A DNA stretch of 64,000 nucleotides from an uncultured Fidelibacterota bacterium (GTDB lineage Bacteria; Fidelibacterota; Marinisomatia; Marinisomatales; Marinisomataceae). The stretch lies in the NCBI GenBank assembly GCA_902624575.1, contig CACNXV010000003.1:12600-76599 (forward strand). The letters are read 5' to 3'. Position numbers and translations under genes: made by a program. Under the pieces are notes generated by a model. The model had not been told where the DNA came from. It worked only from the letters and a program-made list of their open reading frames with translations, and searched no databases. This document shows positions 34,681 through 44,683 of this stretch, in pieces (the stretch's first letter is position 1; every line of letters starts with the position of its first letter).

Positions 34681-36969
34681 ATGAACAATTTGAAAAAAAT
34701 TCAAAATTTTTTTATAAAAAACAAATTCCCTGTTTTGATTTTCTTTGGACTTTCTTTTGCGATATCCCTGACTTTTCCAACTGGCTTTTCTATTAGATAT
34801 TCATATCAACTTAACGATATAGCTAATGAACCTATTATTGCTCCTTTTGATTTTGGAATTCTTAAAACAGAGCAAAAATTGACAAAAGATTTAGAGGAAG
34901 CAAAACAATCAGTACCATTCAGTTTTAAAAGAGACCAAGATTTTGTCGATAAACAAGTTTTAAATATTGATAGCTTTTTTAACTATTTAAATAATATTAG
35001 CTCTGCACATGAGCTATATATTTCATCGCAAGATTCTCTTTATAAATATAGATATGAACCTGAATTTGAAAGTTTTCAAACAAGTTTTATTGCAGACAGT
35101 ACAACATATGTTACTCTTTATAGTGAATTTCTAGAACAATATCAGTTTCAGATTGAAAAAGCACAATGGGATCAGTTGCTTGGAATTGAAGAAAATCTTT
35201 CTGAACCCATAAATCTTGATATTTTTAAAAATCAAATTAAGCAAATATGTTTAAATAGATGGGCTGAAGGAATTATAGATGAACCTTTAGATAATATTTT
35301 AAGTAACGACATAAGTATTATTCAAGGTGGAGAATTAATCTTAGCTCCCACCAAAAATTATAATGATATAGAAACAGCATGGAAGAAAAATAAGGAGGAA
35401 GTCAATCTTATCTATGAAGATGAATTAGATTTCAAATCTATACTTTCATATGAGTTGATTAATGAATTTACAAAACCAAATATTTTGATTGATAAAGATT
35501 TAACTGTAAAAAGACAAAATGAGAGATTAGATAAAGTATCAAGGTTCCAAGGTACTGTTTTAGCAAATGAATTAATTGTTGATACCAATAATAGAATAAC
35601 TGAATCTGTTCTTTTAAAAATTAAATCACTTCAATTTGAATCTGAAAGAAGATTAGGGTATGAAAAAGCTGCAGATAAATTCAGAGAGTATTTGGGAGCA
35701 TTTTTTGTAGTATCTATTTTACTCTTTATTTTATTTTCATTTTTATACATTTACAGAAATAAATACTACGAAGATTATAGGCTATTATTTTTAATTAGTA
35801 TTTTGATTTATACAATCATTTTCTTTTCTTGGATAATTATTAATTATCAGTTGCCTGTTTATATTATTCCAATATCAATGATTTCAATTTTACTTACTGT
35901 TTTACTTGATACAACTATTGCATTAATTACATCTACAATTTTAATTTTATTAGTATCATTACTTATAGGGAATGACTTAGATTTTGCGATTGTACAATTC
36001 TTTACTGCCTTTGTTGCTATCTTAAGCGTAAGAAAATTAAGAAAAAGAAGGCAAATCATCGCTACAATGATTTCACTAGTTCTATGTAGTATGTTTGTTT
36101 TCTTTTCTGTAATGCTCTTTAAAGGTATTGACTTTCTTGACTATAATTATTCAGTTGTTGGATACCTAGCTTTAGCTAGTTTTTTAAGCCCGATTTTGTC
36201 ATTTGGTTTAGTCCAATTATTTGAATCTTCTTTTGGGATAACAACTGATTTAAGCTTAATTGAATTGCTTGACTACGATCAACCATTACTAAAAAAATTA
36301 ATGGAAGATGCTCCTGGAACACATACTCATAGCGTAAAAGTTGGTACTCTTTCAGAATCTTGTGCCAATGCTATTGGCGCTAGAGCACTATTATGTAGAG
36401 TTGGATCTTATTACCATGATATAGGAAAAATCAAAAAGCCAGAATACTATGCTGAAAATCAGACCGGAGAAAATAAACATGATTCAATAAGCGCCCATAT
36501 GAGTGCCAAGATACTAAAACAGCATGTTACAGATGGATTATCTTTAGCAAATGAATACGGATTACCAAAAATTATTAAAGATTTCATTGAAACACACCAT
36601 GCAAAAAATAGAATGGAATTTTTCTATAAAAAGGCAATTGACAATTCAGATAACCCTGAAAGCGTAGATGAAAATGAATTTAGATATCCTGGACCAAAGC
36701 CAAATACTAAAGAGACAGGGATAGTTATGATTGCTGAAGCGATAGAAGCGCAAGCAAATTCTATAAAGAATCCAACAATGGAAAAATTTGAAAAGATGAT
36801 TGATGAGGCAATTAAAAGTAGATTAAAAGATGGACAACTTGATGAATGTCCTTTAACAATGGAAGATCTCCAGAAAATTAAAGGAAGAAGAGACGGAAAG
36901 CATGGGCTGTTACCAGTACTATCAGGCCTTTATCATTCAAGGCCAGAATACCCTGATAAAGATGATTGA
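34681..36969 (+). CDS. 7TM receptor with intracellular HD/HDIG phosphohydrolase domain (PgpH/YqfF type)
   Basis: Large N-terminal extracytoplasmic region, 7 TM segments, then HTHSVKV ... YYHDIGK. Gene order with ybeY is typical. Confidence 0.8.
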   Translation: MNNLKKIQNFFIKNKFPVLIFFGLSFAISLTFPTGFSIRYSYQLNDIANEPIIAPFDFGILKTEQKLTKDLEEAKQSVPFSFKRDQDFVDKQVLNIDSFFNYLNNISSAHELYISSQDSLYKYRYEPEFESFQTSFIADSTTYVTLYSEFLEQYQFQIEKAQWDQLLGIEENLSEPINLDIFKNQIKQICLNRWAEGIIDEPLDNILSNDISIIQGGELILAPTKNYNDIETAWKKNKEEVNLIYEDELDFKSILSYELINEFTKPNILIDKDLTVKRQNERLDKVSRFQGTVLANELIVDTNNRITESVLLKIKSLQFESERRLGYEKAADKFREYLGAFFVVSILLFILFSFLYIYRNKYYEDYRLLFLISILIYTIIFFSWIIINYQLPVYIIPISMISILLTVLLDTTIALITSTILILLVSLLIGNDLDFAIVQFFTAFVAILSVRKLRKRRQIIATMISLVLCSMFVFFSVMLFKGIDFLDYNYSVVGYLALASFLSPILSFGLVQLFESSFGITTDLSLIELLDYDQPLLKKLMEDAPGTHTHSVKVGTLSESCANAIGARALLCRVGSYYHDIGKIKKPEYYAENQTGENKHDSISAHMSAKILKQHVTDGLSLANEYGLPKIIKDFIETHHAKNRMEFFYKKAIDNSDNPESVDENEFRYPGPKPNTKETGIVMIAEAIEAQANSIKNPTMEKFEKMIDEAIKSRLKDGQLDECPLTMEDLQKIKGRRDGKHGLLPVLSGLYHSRPEYPDKDD

Positions 36970-37399
36970 CGTAAAAGTTTTTAATAAGTTAAATAAAATA
37001 GATATAAATAATGCTAATGTTGAAAAATTGGTCAAAAAAATTCTATTAGAAAAATCTTCATTAAATAAAGCGATTATTTCAATTATATTTTGCAACAATA
37101 AGGTTCTCAATGATTTTAAGGTTCAATACTTTAAAGAAGACGTATTAACAGATATTATAACATTTAAAATTCAAGAAAATCCACATTTAGAAGCTGAGTT
37201 ATATATCAGCACTGAAATGGCAAAAGAAAATGCTAATGATTTTTATGTAACATTAAACAACGAAATTATAAGACTGATTTCTCATGGTATCCTACATTTA
37301 CTGGGATTTGATGACAAAGATAAAGCTTCATCAGAAAAGATGTTTTTAGCTCAAGAAGAAATAGTCAAAAAATTTAAATTTAAATTACTAGATGAGTAA
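36962..37399 (+). CDS. ybeY: rRNA maturation endoribonuclease YbeY
   Basis: HGILHLLGFDD zinc motif. Start moved to MIDVKVF (ATG 36962), which overlaps the upstream stop. Confidence 0.85.
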   Translation: MIDVKVFNKLNKIDINNANVEKLVKKILLEKSSLNKAIISIIFCNNKVLNDFKVQYFKEDVLTDIITFKIQENPHLEAELYISTEMAKENANDFYVTLNNEIIRLISHGILHLLGFDDKDKASSEKMFLAQEEIVKKFKFKLLDE

Positions 37400-38162
37400 A
37401 GAGTTAGAAAACTTAATTAATATTGTCCAAAGACTTAGATCCGAAGACGGTTGTGAATGGGATAAAAAGCAAACTTCAGAATCCTTAACCCCACATTTAC
37501 TGGAAGAAGCAAATGAGGTTGTAGATGCTATATTGGAAAATAATCCTGAAAATTTAAAAGAGGAATTAGGAGATTTGCTTTTACATATTGTTTTTCAAGC
37601 TACAATTGCTTCTGAAAAAAAATTATTTAATTTCGATGAGTTGGCAAAAAAAATAAATGAGAAACTTGTCGATAGACATCCACATATTTTCGATGAAAAT
37701 TTTAATGGAGAGGATCAATCTAAAGCTAAAAATTGGGAGCTTAATAAAAAAATTGAAAAAAATAGACAATCTATACTTGATGGTATGCCAAAATCCCTTT
37801 CATCATTAATAGTTTCTCAGAGGTATCAAGATAAAACCGCCGCAGTAGGTTTTGAATGGGATAACTATGAACAAGCAATGTATAAGGTTGAAGAAGAGCT
37901 TAATGAGCTTAAAATTGCTATTAAAAATGATGATAAAAAAAATATTGAAGAAGAGATTGGAGATTTGTTGATAACTATTGTGAACTTATCAAGATTTTTT
38001 AGTATTTCAGCAGAGCTGGCTCTTAAAAAATCAAATCAAAAATTCTATAAAAGATTTAATTATATAGAAAAGATTGCTGAAAAAAATAATCAAAAAATGG
38101 AAGACATTTCGTTAAAAGAGCTTTTAAATTATTGGAACGATGCAAAAAATAAAGAAAAGTAA
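37392..38162 (+). CDS. mazG: Nucleoside triphosphate pyrophosphohydrolase MazG (tandem MazG domains)
   Basis: Motifs RLRSEDGCEWDKKQT, LLEEANEV, EELGDLLLHIVF, and a second repeat EEIGDLLITIVN. Confidence 0.85.
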   Translation: MSKELENLINIVQRLRSEDGCEWDKKQTSESLTPHLLEEANEVVDAILENNPENLKEELGDLLLHIVFQATIASEKKLFNFDELAKKINEKLVDRHPHIFDENFNGEDQSKAKNWELNKKIEKNRQSILDGMPKSLSSLIVSQRYQDKTAAVGFEWDNYEQAMYKVEEELNELKIAIKNDDKKNIEEEIGDLLITIVNLSRFFSISAELALKKSNQKFYKRFNYIEKIAEKNNQKMEDISLKELLNYWNDAKNKEK

Positions 38163-38571
38163 AATAGTTGGAATAACTTTTGGTTCTTTCGACCTCTGCC
38201 ATTACGGACACGCACTTATGTTTGAAGAATGTAAGGAGTATTGTGACTATCTCATTGTAGGAGTTCAATCTGATCCAAGCATTGATCGTCCAGAAAAAAA
38301 TAAACCTATTCAATCACATGAAGAAAGAATAGGAATAGTAAGTTCTTTAAAATTTATTGATGAAGTTATATCATATGAAACAGAAGCAGATTTGATAGAA
38401 GTTTTAAAAAAAGTTAAACCTGATGTAAGAATTTTGGGAGCTGATCATAAAGGAAAACCTTTTACAGGTCATGAGCTTCCAATAAAATGTATTTTTAATA
38501 CCAGAGATCATGGATTTTCAACATCTGAATTAAGAAAAAGAGTTTTTTTAGCAGAAAAGAAAAAAAATTAA
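38140..38571 (+). CDS. Cytidylyltransferase-family protein (HldC/RfaE domain II-like or TagD-like)
   Basis: FGSFDLCHYGHALMF (HxGH), LIVGVQSD, FIDEVI and C-terminal STSELRKRV. Confidence 0.7.
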   Translation: MQKIKKSKIVGITFGSFDLCHYGHALMFEECKEYCDYLIVGVQSDPSIDRPEKNKPIQSHEERIGIVSSLKFIDEVISYETEADLIEVLKKVKPDVRILGADHKGKPFTGHELPIKCIFNTRDHGFSTSELRKRVFLAEKKKN

Positions 38572-39146
38572 TTACCAAGTAAAAAGTTTAAAATTATTGA
38601 AGACAAAAATTTAACATAATCCATTTCTAAACTTTCTGTTTCTTTTAAAATACTACGATCTTTAATTGCTAGAATCCTTAATTGTTGATTGATAAATATT
38701 TGTTTTGTTTTAAAGTCTATTTTTTCGAAGTCTAATTCATAATAATTTTTAAAAATTTGATTATTGGGTAAAGTAGATAAAGGATAATCTGGAAGAATTT
38801 TTTTTAAGAAAATTAAAAAAGTGTAATCAGATTTATAATTGTCTATAAGCAAAAGATTTCCAAGAATAAGATGATTCTTTATAATATCAATTTGTTCATC
38901 CGAAAGTTTTAAATAATTTTCTTCACAAATGATAATAATTGGATTTTCAATTACATTTTTTGAATTAATACCTTCCGAAATAGAGTTGACATAGATTTTT
39001 GAATTTAATTCAAGATAAGTGCTAACATTCTTTAAATTAATATCTCCACAATTTTTATCAATAAGTATAGTATCGCTTTGCGAGTATATAAAGCAATTGA
39101 AAGTCAGAACAATCAAAAAGTTTACATAATTTAGTTTTTTAAACAT
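38568..39146 (-). CDS. Secreted hypothetical protein (DUF4159-like by recollection)
   Basis: Signal peptide. The PIIIICEENYLKLSDEQIDIIKNHLILGNLLLIDN pattern resembles DUF4159 (PFLYMTG...LS..E...LR.YL..GGFL..DD). Tentative. Confidence 0.4.
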   Translation of the reverse strand: MFKKLNYVNFLIVLTFNCFIYSQSDTILIDKNCGDINLKNVSTYLELNSKIYVNSISEGINSKNVIENPIIIICEENYLKLSDEQIDIIKNHLILGNLLLIDNYKSDYTFLIFLKKILPDYPLSTLPNNQIFKNYYELDFEKIDFKTKQIFINQQLRILAIKDRSILKETESLEMDYVKFLSSIILNFLLGN

Positions 39147-39177
39147 TATTAATAATTTAGGTTTTAATTTTATTTAA

Positions 39178-40347
39178 ATGAATACAGTAAAATACTTCGC
39201 ATCAATTATTTTTTTTATCTCAATAATATTTCCTCAAGAAAATAATTTTGATAAATCTATTAAAGATACTGAAAAACAAATTAATGAACTTAAAAATTCA
39301 ATTCAGATTGGGAATGAAGAAGTTAAAAAGCTTCAAAGTCAATCAGCAAAAGCAAAGAAAATCATTCAGATTACTAATACGAATATTAAAAACTCAGAAT
39401 CTCTTATAAGAGCTTATGATAAAAAAATAAATTTGTATAATAAGCAGCTGGAAAATTTAGAGTTAGCTGTTGAGAGAAATAGCATTAAAATTGAAGATAT
39501 AAAAGAGTCTTACAGAAAAAGATCAATAAGTCTTTATAAAAATAAAAACCTAAAGTTCTCAAATTATATTTTTAACTCTAATAGTTTTTCTCAAATGATT
39601 TATAGAATGAAATACTTTAATATAATATCTGAAATAAATAAAGATTCGGTTGAGAAAATTAAAACAACTCAGGATTTTAATAGAAAGAAGACAACAGAAA
39701 TTACTTCGCTGTTAAAAAATGTAGGTAAGAGCAAAAAAAATAGAGGAGATGAAATTTATAATCTAAGAATTAAGAGAAATTTTCAAGAAAGGCTTTTAAA
39801 AGAGATAAAAAAGGAAGAAAAAGATATTAAAAATGAGATTGATAAAAAAATACAGCAAGTAAATGCGTTAGAAAAACTAAGAAAAAAAATCATCGAAGAT
39901 AGAAAGAGATTCAATGAAGAGCAGCTTGCCAGTCTTAAATCAATAACAAGAGATATTAGACAATTCAAAGGAAAATTAGATTGGCCAGTTGATGGAAAGA
40001 TTATAAAATCTTTTGGTCCCCAATGGAATCCTAAATTGAATACAACGCTTGATAATCCTGGAATAGATATTAGTGCAAGATCAACATTACCAGTGAAAAG
40101 CGTTTTCGATGGATATGTGTCAACTATTACATTTATTCTTGGTTATGGAACAACAGTTATTATTGATCATAATAATAATTACTTCACAGTTTTTACACAT
40201 TTAGATAACTTATTAATATCAGAAGGTACGCTCGTAAGAGAAGGTCAAAATATTGGTTATGTTTCAAATGAAAATATTATTCATTTTGAAATTTGGGGTA
40301 ATAATCAAAAGCTAGACCCTCAAAAATGGCTAAAAAATGGATATTAA
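39178..40347 (+). CDS. Coiled-coil M23-family peptidase (EnvC-like murein hydrolase activator)
   Basis: Signal peptide and a long coiled coil. The C-terminal M23 domain has PGIDISA, GYGTTVIIDH and IHFEIW. Confidence 0.8.
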   Translation: MNTVKYFASIIFFISIIFPQENNFDKSIKDTEKQINELKNSIQIGNEEVKKLQSQSAKAKKIIQITNTNIKNSESLIRAYDKKINLYNKQLENLELAVERNSIKIEDIKESYRKRSISLYKNKNLKFSNYIFNSNSFSQMIYRMKYFNIISEINKDSVEKIKTTQDFNRKKTTEITSLLKNVGKSKKNRGDEIYNLRIKRNFQERLLKEIKKEEKDIKNEIDKKIQQVNALEKLRKKIIEDRKRFNEEQLASLKSITRDIRQFKGKLDWPVDGKIIKSFGPQWNPKLNTTLDNPGIDISARSTLPVKSVFDGYVSTITFILGYGTTVIIDHNNNYFTVFTHLDNLLISEGTLVREGQNIGYVSNENIIHFEIWGNNQKLDPQKWLKNGY

Positions 40348-41401
40348 TATTATACAAACAAAGGTTTTGAAGAAAATTGAGAAATCTCTTCAAAGTGGTA
40401 ACATTGCAAATGCTTATATTTTTCATGGCAAGCCAGGTTCAGGTAAAGAGGCTATAGTTTTTGAATTTGTTAAAAAAATTACATCTCTAGAAAAAGAAGA
40501 ATTTCTAAGAAATGGTAATATTTTTTTTCTATCTCCTGGTAAAAAAGAATTTTTCCAAAAACTATTTAAAAGTAAATCGCTTGATTCAAATGAATATCAT
40601 ACTTGGACTAATTTTTTAAGGGGGAAAATTTACAATAATTTTGAAATCCAATTCTTAGACGAAAGTAAAAATATACCAGTTGAAGCGATTAAAAATTTAA
40701 AAGACAATTTATATTTTAAATCATCAAAGAGGAAGGTCGTAATAATTTTTAATGCAGAATATTTATCTTTTGGAAGTGCTGAGTCTGCTAATATGTTATT
40801 AAAAGTCATTGAAGAACCACCAGCTAATACAACATTTATATTGATAGCTGACTCATTAAATAAGGTTAAAGATACAATTCAGTCTAGATGTCAAAAAATT
40901 AGCATTCCTATAATTGATGATGATGCATTTTTAGATATAGCTAAGACTAATAAAAATTTTAGTAGCAATTTTTTAAATTTTATTACAGGTAAAAATCTCC
41001 ATGACTTAAAAAAATTCGATTTATATAATGAAGACCATGTATTAAATGTCATCAAAGATTTTTTTAACGCTATCAGGTATAAAAATGCTGATTCTATATC
41101 AAATTTCTCTGATGGGATTATCAAAATTTATTCAACCTCTAAAAGTGATTTTTTTCTCAATTTTTTAATTATTAAAAATTTTATCAAATATTTAATTATT
41201 TTAGAATCAGATACTTCTTATGATGTAGATTTTTTAGAATTTGATGATCTTGCAAAAATAATTAACAAAAAATATGTCAATCTAGACCATATGAAGCTCA
41301 TAAATGAAATTGATAACTTCATTTCCTCTTTTGATAGAAATGCTAGTCCTAATATTTCAGTAATGAACATGATTATTAATTCAAATAAGGCATTAAATTA
41401 A
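40337..41401 (+). CDS. holB: DNA polymerase III delta-prime subunit
   Basis: Motifs AYIFHGKPGSGKE, NMLLKVIEEPP and SRCQKI. Confidence 0.75.
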   Translation: MDINIIQTKVLKKIEKSLQSGNIANAYIFHGKPGSGKEAIVFEFVKKITSLEKEEFLRNGNIFFLSPGKKEFFQKLFKSKSLDSNEYHTWTNFLRGKIYNNFEIQFLDESKNIPVEAIKNLKDNLYFKSSKRKVVIIFNAEYLSFGSAESANMLLKVIEEPPANTTFILIADSLNKVKDTIQSRCQKISIPIIDDDAFLDIAKTNKNFSSNFLNFITGKNLHDLKKFDLYNEDHVLNVIKDFFNAIRYKNADSISNFSDGIIKIYSTSKSDFFLNFLIIKNFIKYLIILESDTSYDVDFLEFDDLAKIINKKYVNLDHMKLINEIDNFISSFDRNASPNISVMNMIINSNKALN

Positions 41402-41404
41402 GCA

Positions 41405-42880
41405 ATGCAGAAATATTTTCTTACTACGCCAATATACTATGTTAATGATAAGCCACATATTGGTCATGCGTATACAACTATTCTAGCTGATACGATATCA
41501 AGGTATAGAAAGCTTGTTGGTGATACTTCATTTTTTTTAACCGGACTTGATGAGCATGGTTTAAAAGTTCAGCAAGCAGCTGAAAAAAATAGTAAAAGTC
41601 CTCAAGACCACTGTGATGGTATGACCCCAGCTTTTTTAAATCTCTGGAAAGAGCTTAATATTGATTATGACGACTTTATTAGAACTACTGAGCAACGACA
41701 CATCGAGGTTGTTCAACACATACTATCGGAGGTAAATAATTCTGGAGATATATATATTGATGAATATGAAGGTTGGTATTCAGTGTCAGAAGAAAGATTT
41801 ATTACGGAGAAAGAGGTTGATTCAGGCCAATTTGGAGATGTTAAAAAATTAAAAGAGAAAAATTATTTCTTTAAAATGAGTAAATATCAAGAAGAACTCA
41901 TTAATAAAATTCAAAATGATGAGCTCAAAATACAGCCTGAGTCAAGGAAAAATGAAGTATTAAGTTTTTTAAAAAATAATTTATCTGATCTATGTATTTC
42001 AAGACCAAAGTCGAGGCTTGAATGGGGGATTGAATTACCTTTCGATAAAGATTATGTTACTTATGTTTGGTTCGATGCGTTAATAAACTATATTTCATCT
42101 ATAGGTTTTTCAAAAGACTCGGATAAGTTCAAAGAATGTTGGCCAGCAGATGTACATCTAATTGGAAAAGATATTTTAACCACTCACGCAGTCTATTGGC
42201 CTACAATGCTAATGTCAATTGGGTTACCTCTTCCAAAGAGAATTTTTGCTCATGGTTGGTGGTTAACAGACAGTAAAAAAATGAGCAAATCTTTGGGTAA
42301 TGTTGTTAGTCCTTTGGCACTTATTGATGACTTTGGTGTCGATGCTGTTAGATATTATTTAATGTCTGATATGGTTCTTGGTATGGATGCTACCTTTTCA
42401 TCCCAATCTTTTGAAAAAAAATATAATAGTGATTTAGCTAATGATTTTGGTAATCTTGTAAGCAGAATATCAAAGTTAATCGAAAACAATTTTGATTCTA
42501 AGATTCCAAATTTTTCTTCAAATGAAAGTGATTTATCTGAAAATTATGAGCATATCAAATTGAGTAATAATTTAGAAGAGTTGAAAATCGATAAAATTAT
42601 AAATGACATCATGAATTTTATTAGAAGTATAAATATTTACATGGAAAAAAATGAACCATGGAAATTAGTTAAAGTAGACAAGGAAAAAGCTGGTAATGTG
42701 CTTTATCATTGTGCTGAATCTTTAAGATTAGCTGCTATCTTACTTTCTCCAATAATGCCCAAAAAAACAGAGAAAATATTAGAAAATCTTGGCTGTTCAG
42801 ATAAATCTTTAAAGTGGGGTAAATTACTACCAAACTCATCATTAAAAACCTCTGAACCTATTTTTCCGAGAATTAATTAA
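41405..42880 (+). CDS. metG: Methionyl-tRNA synthetase (short form without a C-terminal tRNA-binding domain)
   Basis: HIGHAYT (HIGH) and KMSKSLGN (KMSKS). Confidence 0.92.
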   Translation: MQKYFLTTPIYYVNDKPHIGHAYTTILADTISRYRKLVGDTSFFLTGLDEHGLKVQQAAEKNSKSPQDHCDGMTPAFLNLWKELNIDYDDFIRTTEQRHIEVVQHILSEVNNSGDIYIDEYEGWYSVSEERFITEKEVDSGQFGDVKKLKEKNYFFKMSKYQEELINKIQNDELKIQPESRKNEVLSFLKNNLSDLCISRPKSRLEWGIELPFDKDYVTYVWFDALINYISSIGFSKDSDKFKECWPADVHLIGKDILTTHAVYWPTMLMSIGLPLPKRIFAHGWWLTDSKKMSKSLGNVVSPLALIDDFGVDAVRYYLMSDMVLGMDATFSSQSFEKKYNSDLANDFGNLVSRISKLIENNFDSKIPNFSSNESDLSENYEHIKLSNNLEELKIDKIINDIMNFIRSINIYMEKNEPWKLVKVDKEKAGNVLYHCAESLRLAAILLSPIMPKKTEKILENLGCSDKSLKWGKLLPNSSLKTSEPIFPRIN

Positions 42881-43638
42881 TGTTGTTAATCGATACGCAC
42901 GCACATCTGTATTATGACGACATGTACAATAATTTAGAGGAAGTGTTGTCCGATGCTAAATTGAATCATGTAAAGAAAATTATTTGCATAGGTACTGATC
43001 TAGATACATCATTGAAGTCAGTAAAAATTGCAGAAAAAAATGAGAATGTTTTTGCCACTGTAGGTATTCATCCACATGATTCAAAAGATGTTCCAAATGA
43101 TTATCTCATGCAGCTTGAAAAATTAAGTTCTAGTAAAAAAGTAGTTGCAGTAGGAGAAATTGGAATTGATAATTTTAGAAATCATTCTCCCATAGATGTT
43201 CAAAAAAAAGTAATGGTTGAACAAATGGAATTAGCATACAAATTAAATCTGCCCATTGTATTTCATAATAGAGACGCAGATAATGAAATTTTTGATATTT
43301 TAAGTAATCATCCATTCCATAAGGCCTTATCCCACTGTTTTTCCAGTAATTTAGATTTTGCCAAAAAGTTGATTTCACAAAGAATTAAAATTTCATTTTC
43401 AGGAAATGTTACATTTAAAAATGCAACAAATACAAAAACAGTTGAGAGTATTTCGCTTGAAGACTTTATGCTTGAAACTGACTGTCCATTTCTAGCTCCT
43501 CATCCTTATCGAGGTAGTAAAAATGAACCAAAATATGTTTTAACAATAGCAGAAAAGGTTGCTGAAATCAGAGGAGAAACATTAGAAAAAATTGCACTTT
43601 CTTCAACGAAGAATGCAAAAGAATTTTTTAATATTTAA
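42880..43638 (+). CDS. tatD: TatD-family metal-dependent hydrolase
   Basis: Motifs LIDTHAHL, GEIGID, HNRDA and ETDCPFLAP. Confidence 0.85.
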   Translation: MLLIDTHAHLYYDDMYNNLEEVLSDAKLNHVKKIICIGTDLDTSLKSVKIAEKNENVFATVGIHPHDSKDVPNDYLMQLEKLSSSKKVVAVGEIGIDNFRNHSPIDVQKKVMVEQMELAYKLNLPIVFHNRDADNEIFDILSNHPFHKALSHCFSSNLDFAKKLISQRIKISFSGNVTFKNATNTKTVESISLEDFMLETDCPFLAPHPYRGSKNEPKYVLTIAEKVAEIRGETLEKIALSSTKNAKEFFNI

Positions 43639-44400
43639 ATGGTTTTTGCTAAAAAAAAATGGGGACAAAATTTTCTGGTTGATAACAATCTACTAGAAAA
43701 AATAATTAAAACAATTGATATAACAGCAGAAGATGAAGTCTTAGAAATTGGTCCAGGTCATGGCGCTTTATCAGAAAAAATTATCAATAAGACTGAAAAA
43801 TTAAAAATGGTAGAAATTGATCCGGAATTAATTCAAATAATTGGCCAAAATGAATTACTTTCGCCATTTGAAATTTTTAACCAAGATATTTTAAAAACAA
43901 ATCTAAAGGAATTGGGTTTGAATAAACCAAAAGTCATTGGGAATATTCCATATAACATTACATCACCAATTATTTTTTGGCTAATCGATCATTTACCTTA
44001 CTGGAGTGAATCATATTTGATGGTTCAAAAAGAGGTAGCTCAAAGATTGATAGCAAATATTGGAACAAAAGATTATAGTCGAATCACGGTTATGACTGGA
44101 CTGTATTTTAACATAAAAATATGCTTTTATATTTCTCCGAACGTATTTAAACCAAGGCCAAAAGTTGAATCAGCATTTATTTCAATTAAAAAGAATAATA
44201 AATATGATTTAAGCAATATTGACTCAAAACGATATAGTCAAGTAGTTCGCATGGCTTTTAATCAAAGAAGGAAAATGTTAAGAAATTCACTTTCTTCTTT
44301 AGAAATTAATAGAGATAAATGTAAGGTTGATTTTAAAAGAAGACCAGAACAGCTTAGTATAGATGAGTTTTTAGACATTTCTAATAATATTATATCCTAA
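43639..44400 (+). CDS. rsmA: 16S rRNA (adenine1518/1519-N6)-dimethyltransferase
   Basis: Motifs KKKWGQNFLVD, VLEIGPGHGALS, GNIPYNITSP and FNQRRK. Confidence 0.9.
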   Translation: MVFAKKKWGQNFLVDNNLLEKIIKTIDITAEDEVLEIGPGHGALSEKIINKTEKLKMVEIDPELIQIIGQNELLSPFEIFNQDILKTNLKELGLNKPKVIGNIPYNITSPIIFWLIDHLPYWSESYLMVQKEVAQRLIANIGTKDYSRITVMTGLYFNIKICFYISPNVFKPRPKVESAFISIKKNNKYDLSNIDSKRYSQVVRMAFNQRRKMLRNSLSSLEINRDKCKVDFKRRPEQLSIDEFLDISNNIIS

Positions 44401-44437
44401 TTGGCATTTTTGAATTTTATCACTAAGTTTCCGCACG

Positions 44438-44632
44438 ATGATTGAAGTAAACATAAAAGACAATGAATCTTTAGAGAGAGCATTAAGACGTTTCAAAAAG
44501 AAATGGGAACGTTCTGGTGTACTCAAAGACGTCAAAAGAAAAGCTTTCTACGAAAAGCCTAGCGTTACAAAGAGAATTGCAAAAAAACAAACCATTAGAA
44601 GAGCAGTACGACTAGCAAAGTTTAATAACTAG
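44438..44632 (+). CDS. rpsU: 30S ribosomal protein S21
   Basis: 64 aa and basic. LERALRRFKKK ... YEKPS ... is typical of S21. Confidence 0.9.
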   Translation: MIEVNIKDNESLERALRRFKKKWERSGVLKDVKRKAFYEKPSVTKRIAKKQTIRRAVRLAKFNN

Positions 44633-44683
44633 TAGTCTATAACTCCTCTTTCAATTCTAATAAAAAAGTTCTAATCTACAACT